DNA of 64,000 nucleotides, from IMG/VR virus record IMGVR_UViG_3300043726_000004, positions 37,819 through 101,818 of that record; one strand, 5' to 3'. The notes below the pieces were generated by a model. That model was given only the letters and a program-made list of their open reading frames with translations, ran no database searches and was not told the origin of the DNA. The position numbers and the translations under genes are program-made. The number at the start of each line of letters is the position of its first letter. Position 1 is the stretch's first letter. The DNA is from a virus. Taxonomy: Duplodnaviria; Caudoviricetes. Below are positions 63,232 to 64,000 of the stretch, piece by piece.

Positions 63232-63687
63232 CTACCGGGTGTGGCGGCGGTACCGGTCTAGGCGGGCTCGCCGGGTCTCGGGGTAGTAACGGAGGGCACG
63301 CTTCGGGTCCTCGGAGGTCACGTACACCGGACCTTCCTCCTCCGTGGCTGGTTCCTCTACCCATCCGGACAGGTGGGTCCATCGTCGGGTGGTGGTCGCC
63401 GGCTGGCTGGGCTCCTCCTCCTGGATGGTGGCTGGGCGCCAAGCCCAGAACTTGGGTCCGGCGTAGATGGCATTGCCCTTCTCACCCAGGGCAGGTCCCT
63501 TCTCCTCTCCACCCTTCCGGGTGACTGCCCAGCACAGGATGCCAATGAGGGCGAGGCCCCCTAGCCACAGGCTGTTGGTGGCGCCCTGGTGGATATCCTT
63601 GGAGGTCTCGGCCGCCGCGATGATGAGGAAGGGCGACCCGATGAGGAGGAGGACGAAGAGCCCAATGGCTGCCGCACCGCGGGTCAT
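63232..63687 (-). CDS. two-TM membrane protein
   Basis: Start MTRGAAAIGLF in ATGA overlap with the upstream gene. Confidence 0.65.
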   Translation of the reverse strand: MTRGAAAIGLFVLLLIGSPFLIIAAAETSKDIHQGATNSLWLGGLALIGILCWAVTRKGGEEKGPALGEKGNAIYAGPKFWAWRPATIQEEEPSQPATTTRRWTHLSGWVEEPATEEEGPVYVTSEDPKRALRYYPETRRARLDRYRRHTR

Positions 63688-63869
63688 CGGAGGACTAGCC
63701 CCCGACGACGTGCCTCGGCGCGGTGCTCGCCAAGGATTTCCCGGTGTGCCCACTTCTCGGACGGGTGGGCTTCGTCGAGGCTGCGCTGCGCCTCGTCATA
63801 GGACCGCTGGAGGTCTTCGTTGGAAAAGGCACTCCAGTCGCCCTGCGCTTCGGTGTAATGCTCTCGCAT
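63684..63869 (-). CDS. small leaderless hypothetical protein
   Basis: TATAAT-N6-ATG (MREHY...). Confidence 0.65.
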   Translation of the reverse strand: MREHYTEAQGDWSAFSNEDLQRSYDEAQRSLDEAHPSEKWAHREILGEHRAEARRRGLVLR

Positions 63870-64000
63870 GCCACAATTATAACCCAACGCCACGCGGAGT
63901 GTAGTAACAAAGTCCTAAATCTTTATTCCGTGTTGTTAGGACCTGAGTTGGAAGAAACGCGGAGGGGCTCCGGGCATGATACATGGGCTTCGCCCTGCCC

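Noticed and set aside
62574-63524. Pro/Gly/Arg-rich ORFs in the GC-rich tract
   Set aside because: Products of low stop-codon frequency; no RBS or plausible composition
1-64000. Stop-codon reassignment
   Set aside because: Genes are intact and tightly packed under the standard code, and all three stop codons are used

Overview
This window is most of a tailed dsDNA phage genome with a contractile tail (myovirus-type). No integrase, primase or helicase is visible, so the genome probably continues beyond the window. The + strand (1-23.2 kb) carries recombination genes (Cas4-like PD-(D/E)XK nuclease, AAA_24 ATPase, DUF669 SSB) and a 7-deazaguanine pathway (queC, queD, queE, folE, TGT-fold DpdA-like protein) linked to an NMP kinase and a UDG-fused PolA. 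It also carries MazG-like, macrodomain and C39-like genes. A second structural-looking cassette (7.3-15 kb) is inserted between queE and folE and ends in a 1084-aa basic protein built from 18/20-aa repeats. The - strand (23.5-58.5 kb) is the morphogenesis operon: terminases, portal, protease/scaffold, capsid, sheath, an apparently circularly permuted tube, tape measure, baseplate and several CBM-tipped fibres, followed by glycosidase-like proteins, small basic proteins and an iron permease. The last 5.5 kb holds small regulatory or accessory genes (SWIM, HTH-HNH, SLOG, HTH) and a GC-rich, homopolymer-rich non-coding tract. The best leads are: (1) a putative accessory filament system with a beta-strand ruler protein; (2) a gene set suggesting nucleotide-level (pre-replicative) 7-deazaguanine incorporation; (3) a dispersed intergenic motif that also forms the arms of a 170-nt hairpin. 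All annotations come from motif recognition by eye; no database searches were run.
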